In this document: piece by piece, positions 42,800 to 53,187 of the stretch
How positions within the stretch are numbered: position 1 is the first letter of the stretch
Layout: each line of letters begins with the position of its first letter
Origin: Octopus sinensis
Lineage: Eukaryota
Direction of reading: 5' to 3'
Length of the DNA stretch: 64,000 nucleotides
Assembly: GCF_006345805.1 (NCBI RefSeq)
Contig: NC_043019.1
Span: forward strand, 9,795,360-9,859,359
Translations under genes and position numbers: made by a program
Notes under the pieces: generated by a model
Databases searched by the model: none
What the model was told of the DNA's origin: nothing
The model's input: only the letters and a program-made list of their open reading frames with translations

Positions 42800-43120
42800 T
42801 CATCATCGTTTAACGTCCGTTCTCCATGCTAGCATGGGTTGGACGATTCGACCGGGGATCTGGGAAGCCAGAAGGCTGCACCAGGCTCCAGTCTGATCTG
42901 GCAATGTTTCTACAGCTGGATGCCCTTCCTAACACCAACCACTCCATGAGTGTAGTGGGTGCTTTTTACATGCCACCGGCACAGGTGCCAGGTGAGGCTG
43001 GCAATGGCCACAATCAGTTGGTGCTTTTTACATGCTACCAGCACGGAAGCCAGTCAAGGCGGCGCTGGCATTGGCCACGTTTGGATGGTGCTTTTTATGT
43101 GTCACCGGTAGAGGGATCAC
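42800..43120 (-). mobile_element. RTE 3'-UTR-only copy (SINE-like)
   Basis: Reverse complement of 50800-51043, including the (GAT)n tail. Similar copies lie at 23571-23620, 39420-39640, 43228-43320 and 61040-61290. Confidence 0.85.
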
Positions 43121-43360
43121 AACTACAATTTCCATTGAATTTTGATGTTGATGTTACTCTAAATACTTATAAAAGTTTCAAAAAATAAAATCATACAAAA
43201 AACAAAATATTTTAATGAAACAAGAATCATCATCATTTAATGTCCGCTTTCTATGCAGGCATGGGTTGGACAGTTTTACAGGAGCTGATTGGCTGAAGGG
43301 CTGTTCAGGCTTCCTGACCAACACCATTTAAATCCATATTCCTTACTGACATGTGTAGGT

Positions 43361-43401
<41 letters not shown>

Positions 43402-43590
43402 TGATATATATATATGTATATATATTGATAAAAATGGTAAGATAATAAAAGAAGAAAGAGACCTCAATATTATGTAAATAGAGGAATTTATCGATAATTT
43501 GTGACAATTATTCGGTAGCCAAGATAAAACTCTGAGTTTCAAATGCCGAGATGTAAATACAAATTTTTCATAGTGTTTTTCCGATGGCCG

Positions 43591-43651
43591 GATAACTGAA
43601 GAGATGGTGGCATGGATTTCCACCTCGGCATCTGAAACTCAGATTTTTATC
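43591..43651 (+). ncRNA. Type I hammerhead motif (CUGAAGA core), copy with UUU at the cleavage site
   Basis: GATAA CTGAAGA GATG GTGG catggattt CCAC ctcgg CATC T GAAAC TCAGA TTT^TTATC. Confidence 0.55.
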
Positions 43652-43819
43652 TTGGCTACCGAATAATGTCACAAATTTACCGATAATTCCTCTATTTACA
43701 TAATATTGAGGTCTCTGAGTTTCAGATGCTGAGGTGGAAATCCATGCCACATCTCTTCAGTTATCCAGCCATTGGAAAAACGCTATGAAAAATTTTTCAT
43801 AGTGTTTTTCTGATGGCCG

Positions 43820-43880
43820 GATAACTGAAGAGACGGTGGCATGGATTTCCACCTCAGCATCTGAAACTCAGAGTTTTATC
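43820..43880 (+). ncRNA. Type I hammerhead motif (CUGAAGA core, GUU site)
   Basis: GATAA CTGAAGA gacgGTGG catggattt CCAC ctcagcatct GAAAC TCAGA GTT^TTATC. Stem I is GATAA/TTATC and stem III is ACTC/GAGT. Confidence 0.62.
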
Positions 43881-43927
43881 TTGGCTACTGAATAATTGTC
43901 ATAAATTACATTTACAAATATATGCAT

Positions 43928-43964
<37 letters not shown>

Positions 43965-44051
43965 TACACATATAAATATCCATATATATGCACCTACATA
44001 TATATGTGAATATTTCTGCATAAACACCACACACACACAAACACATACATC

Positions 44052-44098
<47 letters not shown>

Positions 44099-44198
44099 NN
44101 NNNNNNNNNNNNNNNNNNNNNNNNNNNNNNNNNNNNNNNNNNNNNNNNNNNNNNNNNNNNNNNNNNNNNNNNNNNNNNNNNNNNNNNNNNNNNNNNNN
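44099..44198. other. Assembly gap (100 N)
   Basis: A run of exactly 100 N. Confidence 1.
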
Positions 44199-44354
44199 CA
44201 TAATATTGAGGTCTCTTTCTTTCTTTTGTTATCTTACTGTTTTTACCAATATACATATATATATATATTATATATATAAATATATATATAGTTACAGAGA
44301 TGTACTTGCATAGCAAGTGACTTGATCTGAGATCGTGTAATGGAACGAAAACAG

Positions 44355-44613
44355 TTGCAGCGTTGAAGGTGTTTATAAGCCATTTAAGAAACACACAAAA
44401 ACCGTTAGATTCACTTCAACATTTAAATTTAATTTGTCGAAATATTTTCGTCGCTTTGAGACCGCGACCTGTTAGCACGATATTTTTGTCAGTGAACAGG
44501 TCGCGGTCTCAAAGTGAGGAAAATATTTTGGCAAATTAAATTTAAATGTTGAAGTGAATCTAACGGTTTTTGTGTGTTTCTTAAATGGCTTACAAACACC
44601 TTCCATGCTGCAA
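44355..44613. mobile_element. Inverted-repeat element with ~118-bp arms (pLTR-like)
   Basis: GAAGGTGTTTATAAGCCATTTAAGAAACACACAAAAACCGTTAGATTCACTTCAACATTTAAATTTAATTTG..GAGACCGCGACCTGTT is mirrored around a 21-nt spacer. Confidence 0.85.
44485..44535 (+). ncRNA. Candidate hammerhead variant with a G3-C8 swapped core
   Basis: TTTGTCA GTGAACA G GTCGC ggtctcaaa GTGAG GAAA ATATTT^TGGCAAA. The opposite arm preserves stem II as GTCGC/GCGAC-GAAA. Confidence 0.45.
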
Positions 44614-44675
44614 TATATATATACACATATATATATATATGTATGTCTGTATGTATGTGTGTATATGTGTATGCA

Positions 44676-44712
<37 letters not shown>

Positions 44713-44995
44713 CTGTGCTTGTGATTGTCCTCCACCACTGCTTGACAACGAATGTTGGTTTGTTTACATCCCTGTCACCTAGTGGTTTGACAAAGGAAAC
44801 AGATAGAATAAGTACAATGCTTACAAAAATAAAACTGGAGTTGATTCATTAAACTACAATTCTTCAAGGCATTGCCCCAGCATGGCCATAGACCAATGGC
44901 TGGAAAAAGCAGAAGAATAAAAGAATACATTCTCTGCTTTGGTCTTATGTTTGAAGGCATGAGAAAGCTTGAGTTTACATGAGAAGGCCTAACAG

Positions 44996-45270
44996 ACCTG
45001 GTAGAAACAGCAGCCAAATCTCCCTGAAATCACACCTTACTGTCTTATGTATGTATATATATATGAGCCAATGAGGCGGACCTCTACATGGTAGCTAGAC
45101 CTGGTAGAAATAGCAGCCAAATTTCCCCCAAATCACACCTTACTGTCTTATCTATGTATATATGTATGTATGAGCCTATGAGGGAGACCCCTACATGGCA
45201 GCTAGACATGGTAGAAATAGCAGCCAAATCTCCCTCAAATCACACCTTACTGTCTTATGTATGTATATAT
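44996..45270 (+). repeat. Three tandem ~93-bp copies of a repeat end
   Basis: AGACCTGGTAGAAATAGCAGCCAAATCTCCC..AAATCACACCTTACTGTCTTA occurs three times. Related sequence lies at 37840-37870, 56690-56760 and 62865-62890. Confidence 0.75.
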
Positions 45271-45276
45271 ATATAC

Positions 45277-45741
45277 AAGCCACTACGGTTATTAATGTAA
45301 AGTCTTCCTCAAATCACTCTCGCTATTTTCTCTTCCAAGAACATTTTCACTCACTCTTATCTCTTAGCTTGCCATACATTTTACTCATGTATCTATCAGC
45401 GTGATAGACAGAACAAATATTACATCGCCATCGCATTCTATTGTCAACCTGTCAACACACACACAGTGAATTAGTTTCATTTTATTCGTTGCACACTGTG
45501 TGTGTGCGTTTGTGTGTGCTGTAAACCAGACTAAGAAAAGCATTTGACATACACACCAGAATGTGAGTTTTCTGTAAATTTTGCTTAATTGGAGTTTAAA
45601 TTTTAAAAACTGGACCTGGCATGACCCGATGCATTCTACTCTTAAAAATGCTAGGTAAATTGTAATTGAAGAAATCCTATATTGTAGATTTCTATAAGTG
45701 ACAAAGGGAGGCAGATAAAATCTGCCTTTTATAATAAGAGA
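45277..45741 (-). mobile_element. Helitron-like 5' segment (non-autonomous)
   Basis: Begins TCTCTTATTATAAAAGGCAGATTTTATCTGCC in an A|TC context. It is near-identical to 51053-51483 in the opposite orientation. Confidence 0.55.
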
Positions 45742-45751
45742 TATATATACA

Positions 45752-46545
45752 TAATAAACCTTTACATAAATAAATAACGTGAAATACACGAAGGGACGAA
45801 CAAAAAGACAAACGGGTTATTCAAAGCCTTCATTCTTCAGTCAGAAACTGATCCCTCATTGCAGATTTCGGCTGTTTAATTCTGAGATCCGCTCTGAATC
45901 AGCCAGCCACAGAAGGAAAGAATGCAACGCAACAGAGACGAACAAGAAACGAAAAATCTTTTTTGGAGACAGTAACGGTTAAAAACATGGATGACACAGG
46001 CGCCCTACGGCTTTGAGACATAAAGAGAGACACAAAAACAATATCAGCAAGCGTGGAAAAATAATTACCTTTTTGGTGATAAGACACATGTTGAACAAGC
46101 GGCCGATGGAAACAGAATGGCTGAGGCAGCAAGTCGCAAGAGGGTAAGAGAGAGAAGGGGGTAAGAGAGAGAGGGGACCAAGGAGGGTGGAAGGCGAGGA
46201 CAGAAGCAGTGACCAAGAGAGAGAGGGAGAGAAGGAATCAGAGAGGCTGGGAGAAAAAGGCGCCAAAACAATTTGGCAACGAAGCAATGGCGAAGGAAAG
46301 AAAATAGTTTAAAGACATCGTGCAGGGGTTTTGATATGATAAACATAAAGAAGTTATTATGCACGTACGCTGCGAAATATATAATAAACCTTTACATAAA
46401 TAAATAACGTGAAATACACGAAGGGACGAACAAAAAGACAAACGGGTCATTCAAAGCCTTCATTCTTCAGTCAGAAACTGATCCCTCATCGCAGATTTCG
46501 GCTGTTTAATTCTGAGATCCGCTCTGAGATCAGCCACAGAAGGAA
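45752..46545 (+). repeat. ~175-bp direct duplication (45752-45925 and 46381-46550) bracketing a purine-rich segment
   Basis: ATAATAAACCTTTACATAAATAAATAACGTGAAATACACGAAGGGACG..CCACAGAAGGAAAGAATGCA occurs twice. Confidence 0.8.
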
Positions 46546-46763
46546 AGAATGCATACATACATATATATATGTATATACATATATACATACATATATGTAT
46601 GTGTATACATATATATGTATATGTATATACAGCAATAAGAAAATGGAGGGGATCAGGAGGTGCTAGTCATCAACTTTTAGAGATTATATTATGTCGATTT
46701 ATTTATTTTTTAAAAACCATTATAACAATATACATTGACCTATAACATATTATGCTTTACATA

Positions 46764-47137
46764 TCTCTCTATATATAAACAGCAAAATGTCTGTGTGTGT
46801 GTGTGTGTGTGTGAGTGTCCTTTATATAAATCCACAATTTTTCAGTTAGAGGGCTCGCACTTTCTATGGTCATTCAAAACCGTCCAAGGGTGGTCGTGCA
46901 CATCTTTACATTTCCCCAGTCACCCTGCAAAGCCATTAAAAAATCAATAGAAGTGACTTTTTTGTGAATTTTCTATCCAAAACTCAATCAAAATGCCTGA
47001 AACCCTATACGCCAATTGAATGCCAGCTAGCTGTATGTGATTGGTCAGAGATTTGGACAGTACTCGCATTCATGTGCGCATGCACACAGCCGTATATGCA
47101 TGCACTATGACCTGGCGTTGCCGGGTCATAGTGCTAG
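46764..47137 (+). mobile_element. Non-autonomous Helitron, complete ends
   Basis: A|TCTCTCTATATATAAAC 5' end. The 3' hairpin CACTATGACCTGG-CGTTG-CCGGGTCATAGTG is followed by CTAG|T. Confidence 0.8.
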
Positions 47138-48094
47138 TATAATATATAGAACTATAAAAATACCAGTAATTATTAAAATATATAATGTAAAGCATAGGAA
47201 GTAGAATAGTATCTTACAGGTGTTTCAGCCAAGAGGTCATGGTACCCCACTTTACTTCCATCTCTTCAGTGAACTGAAGTATTTGGTAGATAAGATTAAG
47301 GTATCTATATATATATTAGTATTTTAGGTTACAGTAATATTACTAAGAGGGTATTGTTTTAATAGACTGCATATGAAAGATAAGTTATTACAAATTTATT
47401 AAAAAAAAAAAACAGTATATAATAATGTATGTATCTGTCTAATTAGGGGAATCATTTGTATATTTACTTAACCATACAGGTGATATAGGGTTAAAATCAT
47501 ATGTTGTAGGTCACTCAGACCAAATTCAAATAAGGAACGAAAGACCAAAAGTGACCGCATAAATTGTTTCACTAAGTTGTTATTATTGCTAAAATTGTGC
47601 TTAAAAAGTATTCTCCAATAAAATGCATTAATTGTGATTCTCCATGCAACAGTGTTGTTACTAAATTAATGAACCAGCTCAATATATATCCTTATAAATC
47701 CTCTTTTATACATACCTACATATTACTAAGTTGTTATTTATCGCTAAAATTATGTTTAAAATATATTTTATCTTACAAAATGCCTCAAAGGCAAGACTCA
47801 GTGTAATAGTGTTGAGTCAATTAATGAATCAATCAGTCATTCAGTCCTTTAAAATATTTATTTGTCTATTCAGTTAATTACTTTTAATGTTATATTAATG
47901 TCTAAAAGTTAATGAATACCACTTCTTGATCCCATCCATGTTCTTATTGCTGTATAAATTAAGGGTAAAACTACTTTTTACCCTCGTCTATTTATTAAAT
48001 TCAGTAGTGTAATTACCATGTAGTATTCTACCAGCAGTATATTGGATAGATATTATACCTTAGTTGGTTGGATTCACAACCTCTAACTCTCTTG

Positions 48095-51043
48095 GTACCC
48101 CACAACATAGACTGGTAGTTAGTGACTTTAGGATCAGGACTAGGAGGACAACCAGAAGATGACAAATATGGAGAAGAAGGATCTGGAAGCTTAAAGATCC
48201 TGCAAATGGACAGAGATTTAGGGACATATTACTTGAAGCCCCTGACGAAGTAGAAGGGGATAGAGCATCACAGGGGGTAGAAGACAGCTGGACGTTTCTA
48301 AGGGACAACCTGCTGAGAGCCACTGACCAGATCTGTGGCTGGTGCAAAGTCCCCTCTCGACCTAGAATAACGTGGTGGTGGAACAATATTGTAGACAGGG
48401 CTATTAGAGAAAAGAGACAGGCTTGGAAGGTCTGGAAAAATGGGGGTAGCAGGGAATTGTATCAGACTGCCAAAAGAGAAGCTAGGAGACAGGTTTATTT
48501 AGCGAGAGGGGAAGCAGATAAGAAAAAATTTGCCAATGTTCTGCGCCGTGAGGACCAAAGACTGGAGGTGTTTCGTGTTGCAAGACAGTGTGTGAGAGAG
48601 AATCGTGATGTGGTAGGAGAGAAGTGTGTTCGCATGGAAGATGGTTCACTTGCGCTAAATGAGGATGCAAAGAGAGAGGTTTGGAGATGCCACTATGAAA
48701 GGTTGCTGAATGAAGAAAATGAATGGGATAAAGAGAGTCTGCCGAATGTTGACCCAACAGAGGGACCAGCTATCCGAGTTGATAGTTCTGTGGTAGCTAA
48801 GGCAATTAGAAGCATGAAGACAGGGAAAGCCCCAGGCCCATCAGGAATCACTGCAGAGATGCTCAAAATGTCTGGTAGTGTCGGCTATAGCCTAGTCACC
48901 CATATAGTTAATCAGGTGATACACAAAGGGGTCATACCCAATGACTGGTGTAGCAGTATAATAGTCAACTGCTACAAAGGTAAAGGTGATGCCCTAGATA
49001 CAAATAACTACAGAGGTATCAAGCTGTTGGACCAGGTGATGAAGGTTACGGAGAGGGTCATAGCCCAACTAATTAGAGAGAGAGTTAGTTTAGATGAGAT
49101 GCAGTTTGGGTTTGTGCCAGGGAAAAGTACTACTGATGCTATATTCCTGGTAAGGCAGCTGCAGGAGAAATACCTAGCCAAAGATAAGCCCCTGTACCTG
49201 GCTTTTGTTGACATGGAGAAAGCCTTCAACAGGGTCCCCCGATCCCTTATCTGGTGGGCAATGAGAAAACTAGGGATAGATGAATGGTTAGTGCGAGCTG
49301 TGCGGGCCATGTATAGGGACGCCGCTAGTAGGGTGAGGGTTGGAAATGAGTACAGTGAAGAATTCCGGGTAGAGGTAGGGGTCCACCAAGGCTCAGTACT
49401 CAGCCCCCTCCTATTTATCATAGTCCTCCAGGCAATAACGGAGGAATTCAAGACAGGATGCCCTTGGGAGCTCCTCTATGCTGATGACCTTGCTCTAATT
49501 GCTGAGTCGCTATCAGAACTGGAGGAGAAGTTTCAGGTGTGGAAACAAGGATTAGAATCGAAGGGCCTCAGAGTCAATCTAGCTAAAACCAAAGTCGTAA
49601 TCAGTAGGAAGGTAGACAAATCACAAACACCTTCAGGTAGATGGCCCTGCTCGATCTGTAGAAAAGGTGTAGGTAGAAACTCTATAAGATGCACCAAGTG
49701 TAAGCTATGGACACATAAGAGATGCAGCAATGTCAAAGGAAGGCTAACTAGGAAGATGTTTTTTGTATGTGGCAGATGCTCAGGAACAATAAACACTGAA
49801 AATGCTCTGAGACCAACTTCCGTCACTTTCCAGGGAGAAAAACTAGAAATAGTTGATAGTTTCCGTTACCTAGGTGACCAAGTCAGCAGCGGGGGCGGGT
49901 GTGCTGAAAGTGTAACTGCTAGAGTAAGAATAGCTTGGGCAAAGTTCAGAGAGCTCTTACCTCTGCTGGTGACAAAAGGCCTCTCGCACAGAGTGAAAGG
50001 CAGACTGTATGATGCGTGTGTACGAACAGCCATGCTACATGGCAGTGAAACATGGGCCGTGACTGCTGAGGATATGCGTAAGCTCGCTAGAAATGAAGCC
50101 AGTATGCTCCGATGGATGTGTAATGCCGGTACTCACACTCGGCAGAGTGTAAGTACCTTGAGAGAAAAGCTGGACCTAAGAAGCATCAGTTGTGGTGTGC
50201 AAGAGAGACGTTTGCGCTGGTATGGTCATGTGGCGAGAATGGATGAAGATAGTTGTGTGAAAAAGTGCCACACCCTAGCGGTTGAGGGAACCTGTGGAAG
50301 AGGCAGACCCAGGAAAACCTGGGACGAGGTGGTGAAGCACGACCTTCAAACTTTAGGTCTCACTGAGGAAATGACTAGAGACCGAGACCTCTGGAAGTGT
50401 GCTGTGCGCGAGAAGACCCGGCAGGACAAGTGAGTCCACAACCCGTGGCCTTCTACATGGGATGGAGCCAGCCTACGTATGCATACCTTCCCTTCTTGGG
50501 ACACAAAACTCTACTTGTGAAGACGTGTTGAGGCAAGTGAGGATCAGAATCGAAATCGATCAATGGAAATTGCGGATGTGCTACCAGTGCCGGTGGCATG
50601 TCGAAACTCTGCTTGTGAAGACCCATTGAGGCAAGTGAGGATCAGAATCGAAATCGATCAATGGAAATCGATCAATGGAAATTGCAGATGTGTTACCAGT
50701 GCCGGTGGCATGTAAGAGAACTTTCCGTTTCGCGACCGTTGCCAGCACCGCCCCGTTTCGTGTCCGTTGCCAGCCTCGCCTGGCCCTCGTGCCGGTGGCA
50801 CATAAAAAGCACCATCCGTTCATGGCCGTTTGCCAGCTCTGTCTGGCACCAGTGCGGGTGGCACGTAAAAAGCACCCACTACACTCACGGAGTGGTTGGC
50901 GTTAGGAAGGGCATCCAGCCGTAGAAACACTGCCAGATTTGACTGGGCCTGATGAAGCCTTCTGTCTTCACAGACCCCAGTAGAACCGTCCAACCCATGC
51001 TAGCATGGAAAACGGACGCTAAATGATGATGATGATGATGATG
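48095..51043 (+). mobile_element. 5'-truncated RTE-clade LINE, ~2.95 kb, ending in (GAT)n
   Basis: End of the AP endonuclease (TPQHRLVVSDF), one in-frame stop at 48160-48162, then an open frame to 50433. The 3' UTR has an internal duplication (50531-50690) and the terminus CATGCTAGCATGGAAAACGGACGCTAAA(TGA)n. Confidence 0.95.
48163..50433 (+). CDS. RTE reverse transcriptase ORF (N-terminally truncated) with an internal PHD-type zinc finger
   Basis: Motifs NYRGIKLL, QFGFVPGKSTTDAIF, AFVDMEKAFNRVPR, GVHQGSVLSPLLF, LLYADDL, FRYLG and LRWYGHVARM. The frame is open from 48163, upstream of the track's 48457 start. Confidence 0.93.
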   Translation, partial: QIWRRRIWKLKDPANGQRFRDILLEAPDEVEGDRASQGVEDSWTFLRDNLLRATDQICGWCKVPSRPRITWWWNNIVDRAIREKRQAWKVWKNGGSRELYQTAKREARRQVYLARGEADKKKFANVLRREDQRLEVFRVARQCVRENRDVVGEKCVRMEDGSLALNEDAKREVWRCHYERLLNEENEWDKESLPNVDPTEGPAIRVDSSVVAKAIRSMKTGKAPGPSGITAEMLKMSGSVGYSLVTHIVNQVIHKGVIPNDWCSSIIVNCYKGKGDALDTNNYRGIKLLDQVMKVTERVIAQLIRERVSLDEMQFGFVPGKSTTDAIFLVRQLQEKYLAKDKPLYLAFVDMEKAFNRVPRSLIWWAMRKLGIDEWLVRAVRAMYRDAASRVRVGNEYSEEFRVEVGVHQGSVLSPLLFIIVLQAITEEFKTGCPWELLYADDLALIAESLSELEEKFQVWKQGLESKGLRVNLAKTKVVISRKVDKSQTPSGRWPCSICRKGVGRNSIRCTKCKLWTHKRCSNVKGRLTRKMFFVCGRCSGTINTENALRPTSVTFQGEKLEIVDSFRYLGDQVSSGGGCAESVTARVRIAWAKFRELLPLLVTKGLSHRVKGRLYDACVRTAMLHGSETWAVTAEDMRKLARNEASMLRWMCNAGTHTRQSVSTLREKLDLRSISCGVQERRLRWYGHVARMDEDSCVKKCHTLAVEGTCGRGRPRKTWDEVVKHDLQTLGLTEEMTRDRDLWKCAVREKTRQDK

Positions 51044-51052
51044 ATATATATA

Positions 51053-51483
51053 TCTCTTATTATAAAAGGCAGATTTTATCTGCCTCCCTTTGAGAGTTAT
51101 ACAAATCTACAATATAGGATTTCTTCAATTACAATTTACCTAGCATTTTTAAGAGTACAATGCATCGCGTCATGCCAGGTCCAGTTTTTAAAATTTAAAC
51201 TGCAATTAAGCAAAATTTACAGAAAACTCACATTCTGGTGTGTGTGTCAAATGCTTTTCTTAGTCTGGTTTACACCACACGCAAACGCACACACACAGTG
51301 GGCAACGAATAAAGTGAAACTAGATGTAATATTTGTTTCTCTCTATCACGCTGATAGATACATGAGTAAAATGTATGGGAAGCTAACACATAAGTGTGAG
51401 TGAAAATGTTCTTGGAAGAGAGTAAATAGCCAGAGATAGTGATTTGAGGAAGACTTTACAATAAATAACCGTAGTGGCTTGTG
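51053..51483 (+). mobile_element. Helitron-like 5' segment directly after the RTE tail
   Basis: Same sequence as 45277-45741, with an A|TC start in a TA run. Confidence 0.55.
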
Positions 51484-51605
51484 TTAGTAATAAAGTAAAC
51501 ATACACTCATACATACATACATACATACATACACATACACACACACACACATACATACACACATACATACACATATACATACATACATATACATACATAC
51601 ATATG

Positions 51606-51637
<32 letters not shown>

Positions 51638-52019
51638 GTATTGAAGCTTCAGAACAATCAGATACATTTGCAACACATCTGTTGAAAATATTATTGTTCA
51701 CACACATACATATAAATATATACATACAGACAGACAGACAGATAGACACACACACACACACATGATCCTCAAGGCTGAAACATATAAAAGAATAACAGAA
51801 TATAAATGTGTGCATGTGTGTGAGAGAGAGAGTGTGTATATATATGTATGTATGTATGTATGTTATATATATATAATAATGCGGTTTTTTCAACAGCTTG
51901 AACTAAAAGTCAGAGGGGAATGGGATAAACTACTTATATTAACTTGCTATAAAAGCAGGTAGTAATTTTATCTTGTCCTTATTCATAGTGCAAGTTTTGA
52001 AGAGTGCATTTCGATTTTA

Positions 52020-52310
52020 ACAGCTATTTTTTTCAAAGCTATATTGGAACAGCCTAGAAGACGAGCCTCATCCTGAAAGATCTGTAGAACTCGACAAGGA
52101 CATCCTGAAAACCCTGGTGGAACAAAATCTCATCGTAACTGTTGAGGAACTAGCAGAGAAGCTTGGATTTGGTCATTCAACCATTCATTGAGACCTGTGT
52201 GCTATCGGAAAAGTCAGCAAATTGGGTCAATGGGTTCCTCACGAACTTTCCGAGTCTAATTGCATGCAGAGAGTGAATGTATGTTTTTCTTTGCTGTCAC
52301 ATCTCACCAC
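52020..52310 (+). mobile_element. Mariner transposase fragment
   Basis: SLEDEPHPERSVELDKDILKTLVEQN..TVEELAEKLGFGHSTIH*DL..GKVSKLGQWVPHELSE contains the WVPHEL motif. Confidence 0.88.
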
Positions 52311-52326
52311 TACTGCGCTATGTATA

Positions 52327-52973
52327 TCTATATATATATAAAACTGTAGTTGTGTGAGTGTCTGTCCCCTTCGATTTAGATTCCTAACTACTCCCACATT
52401 TTGCGGTGCAGTTTAACCAAATTCCGGTAGCTTATAGTCGTGATTCATATCGAGCCTGTCTGAGTATTAGCGCGCGTCTACGATGAGTCTACGATTTTAA
52501 AAATAATTTAACATCATTTTTTATTCCATTTTAATGCATAATTTTTCGTGTGTCGATGGCGGCGGAGTTGGCGTCCACGCTCACACCTGCACCTGTGTTT
52601 GCTTCTCCCCTTCTTCCCTCCCTCGTGAAGCTGTGGGGAAGGGAGTTTAAGGAAATCAACGTCGTAATGCATTGTCAAGGAGACCAGCGTTCTTTTAGAA
52701 CAAAGACTTCATGGCTTGAAGACACCAAAACAGAAATGGCTAAGAAAGCGTCTACATGAGTCTACGATTTAAAAAAAAATTTACCATCGTTTTTTTTCCA
52801 TTTTAATGCATTTTTTCGCTATTATATAAGGGAAGTAACTCTCTAAAAATGTCTACGATGAGTCAACGATTATTTAAAAAATTTACCATCATATTTTTTC
52901 CATTTTAATGCATTTTTTGGCTTATATAGTTATTTCCCTTACAAACCCGAGCAACGCCGGGCGATACTGCTAG
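52327..52973 (+). mobile_element. Non-autonomous Helitron, complete ends, with internal repeats
   Basis: A|TCTATATATATATAAAAC 5' end. The 3' hairpin CCCG-AGCAACGC-CGGG is followed by CTGCTAG|T. An internal GTCTACGATGAGTCTACGATT..CATTTTAATGCA block occurs about three times. Confidence 0.82.
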
Positions 52974-52980
52974 TATATAT

Positions 52981-53024
<44 letters not shown>

Positions 53025-53128
53025 TGATAGAAATGATAAGACAACAAAAGAATGAAAGAGACCTCGATATTATGTAAATAGAGGAATTTATCTGTAAATG
53101 TAATATGTGACAATTATTTGGTAGCCAT

Positions 53129-53187
53129 GATAAAGCTCCGAGTTTCGGATGTTGGGGTGGAAATCCATGCCACCATCTTCAGTTATC
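53129..53187 (-). ncRNA. Type I hammerhead motif, same family as 43591/43820, cleavage site altered (GCU)
   Basis: Minus strand reads GATAA CTGAAGA TGGTGG catggattt CCACC ccaacatcc GAAAC TCGGA GCT TTATC. Confidence 0.5.

Larger units (their letters stand above)
43440..44240. mobile_element. Cluster of tandem and inverted PLE pLTR-like units carrying hammerhead motifs, interrupted by (TA)n and the assembly gap
   Basis: The unit GGCCGGATAACTGAAGAGATGGTGGCATGGATTTCCACCTCGGCATCTGAAACTCAGAGTTTTATCTTGGCTAC recurs in both orientations. The same family occurs at 53030-53340. Confidence 0.8.

Noticed and set aside
47205-47275. Minus-strand CTGAAGA..GAAAC-acct-GTA
   Set aside because: No credible stem I or stem II pairing adjacent to the core.
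48060-49826. Several minus-strand ORFs of 91-147 aa
   Set aside because: They are antisense shadows of the RTE ORF.
50945-50975. CTGATGA in the RTE 3' UTR (CTGACGA in the 61110 copy)
   Set aside because: No downstream GAAA or stem III, so it is not a hammerhead.
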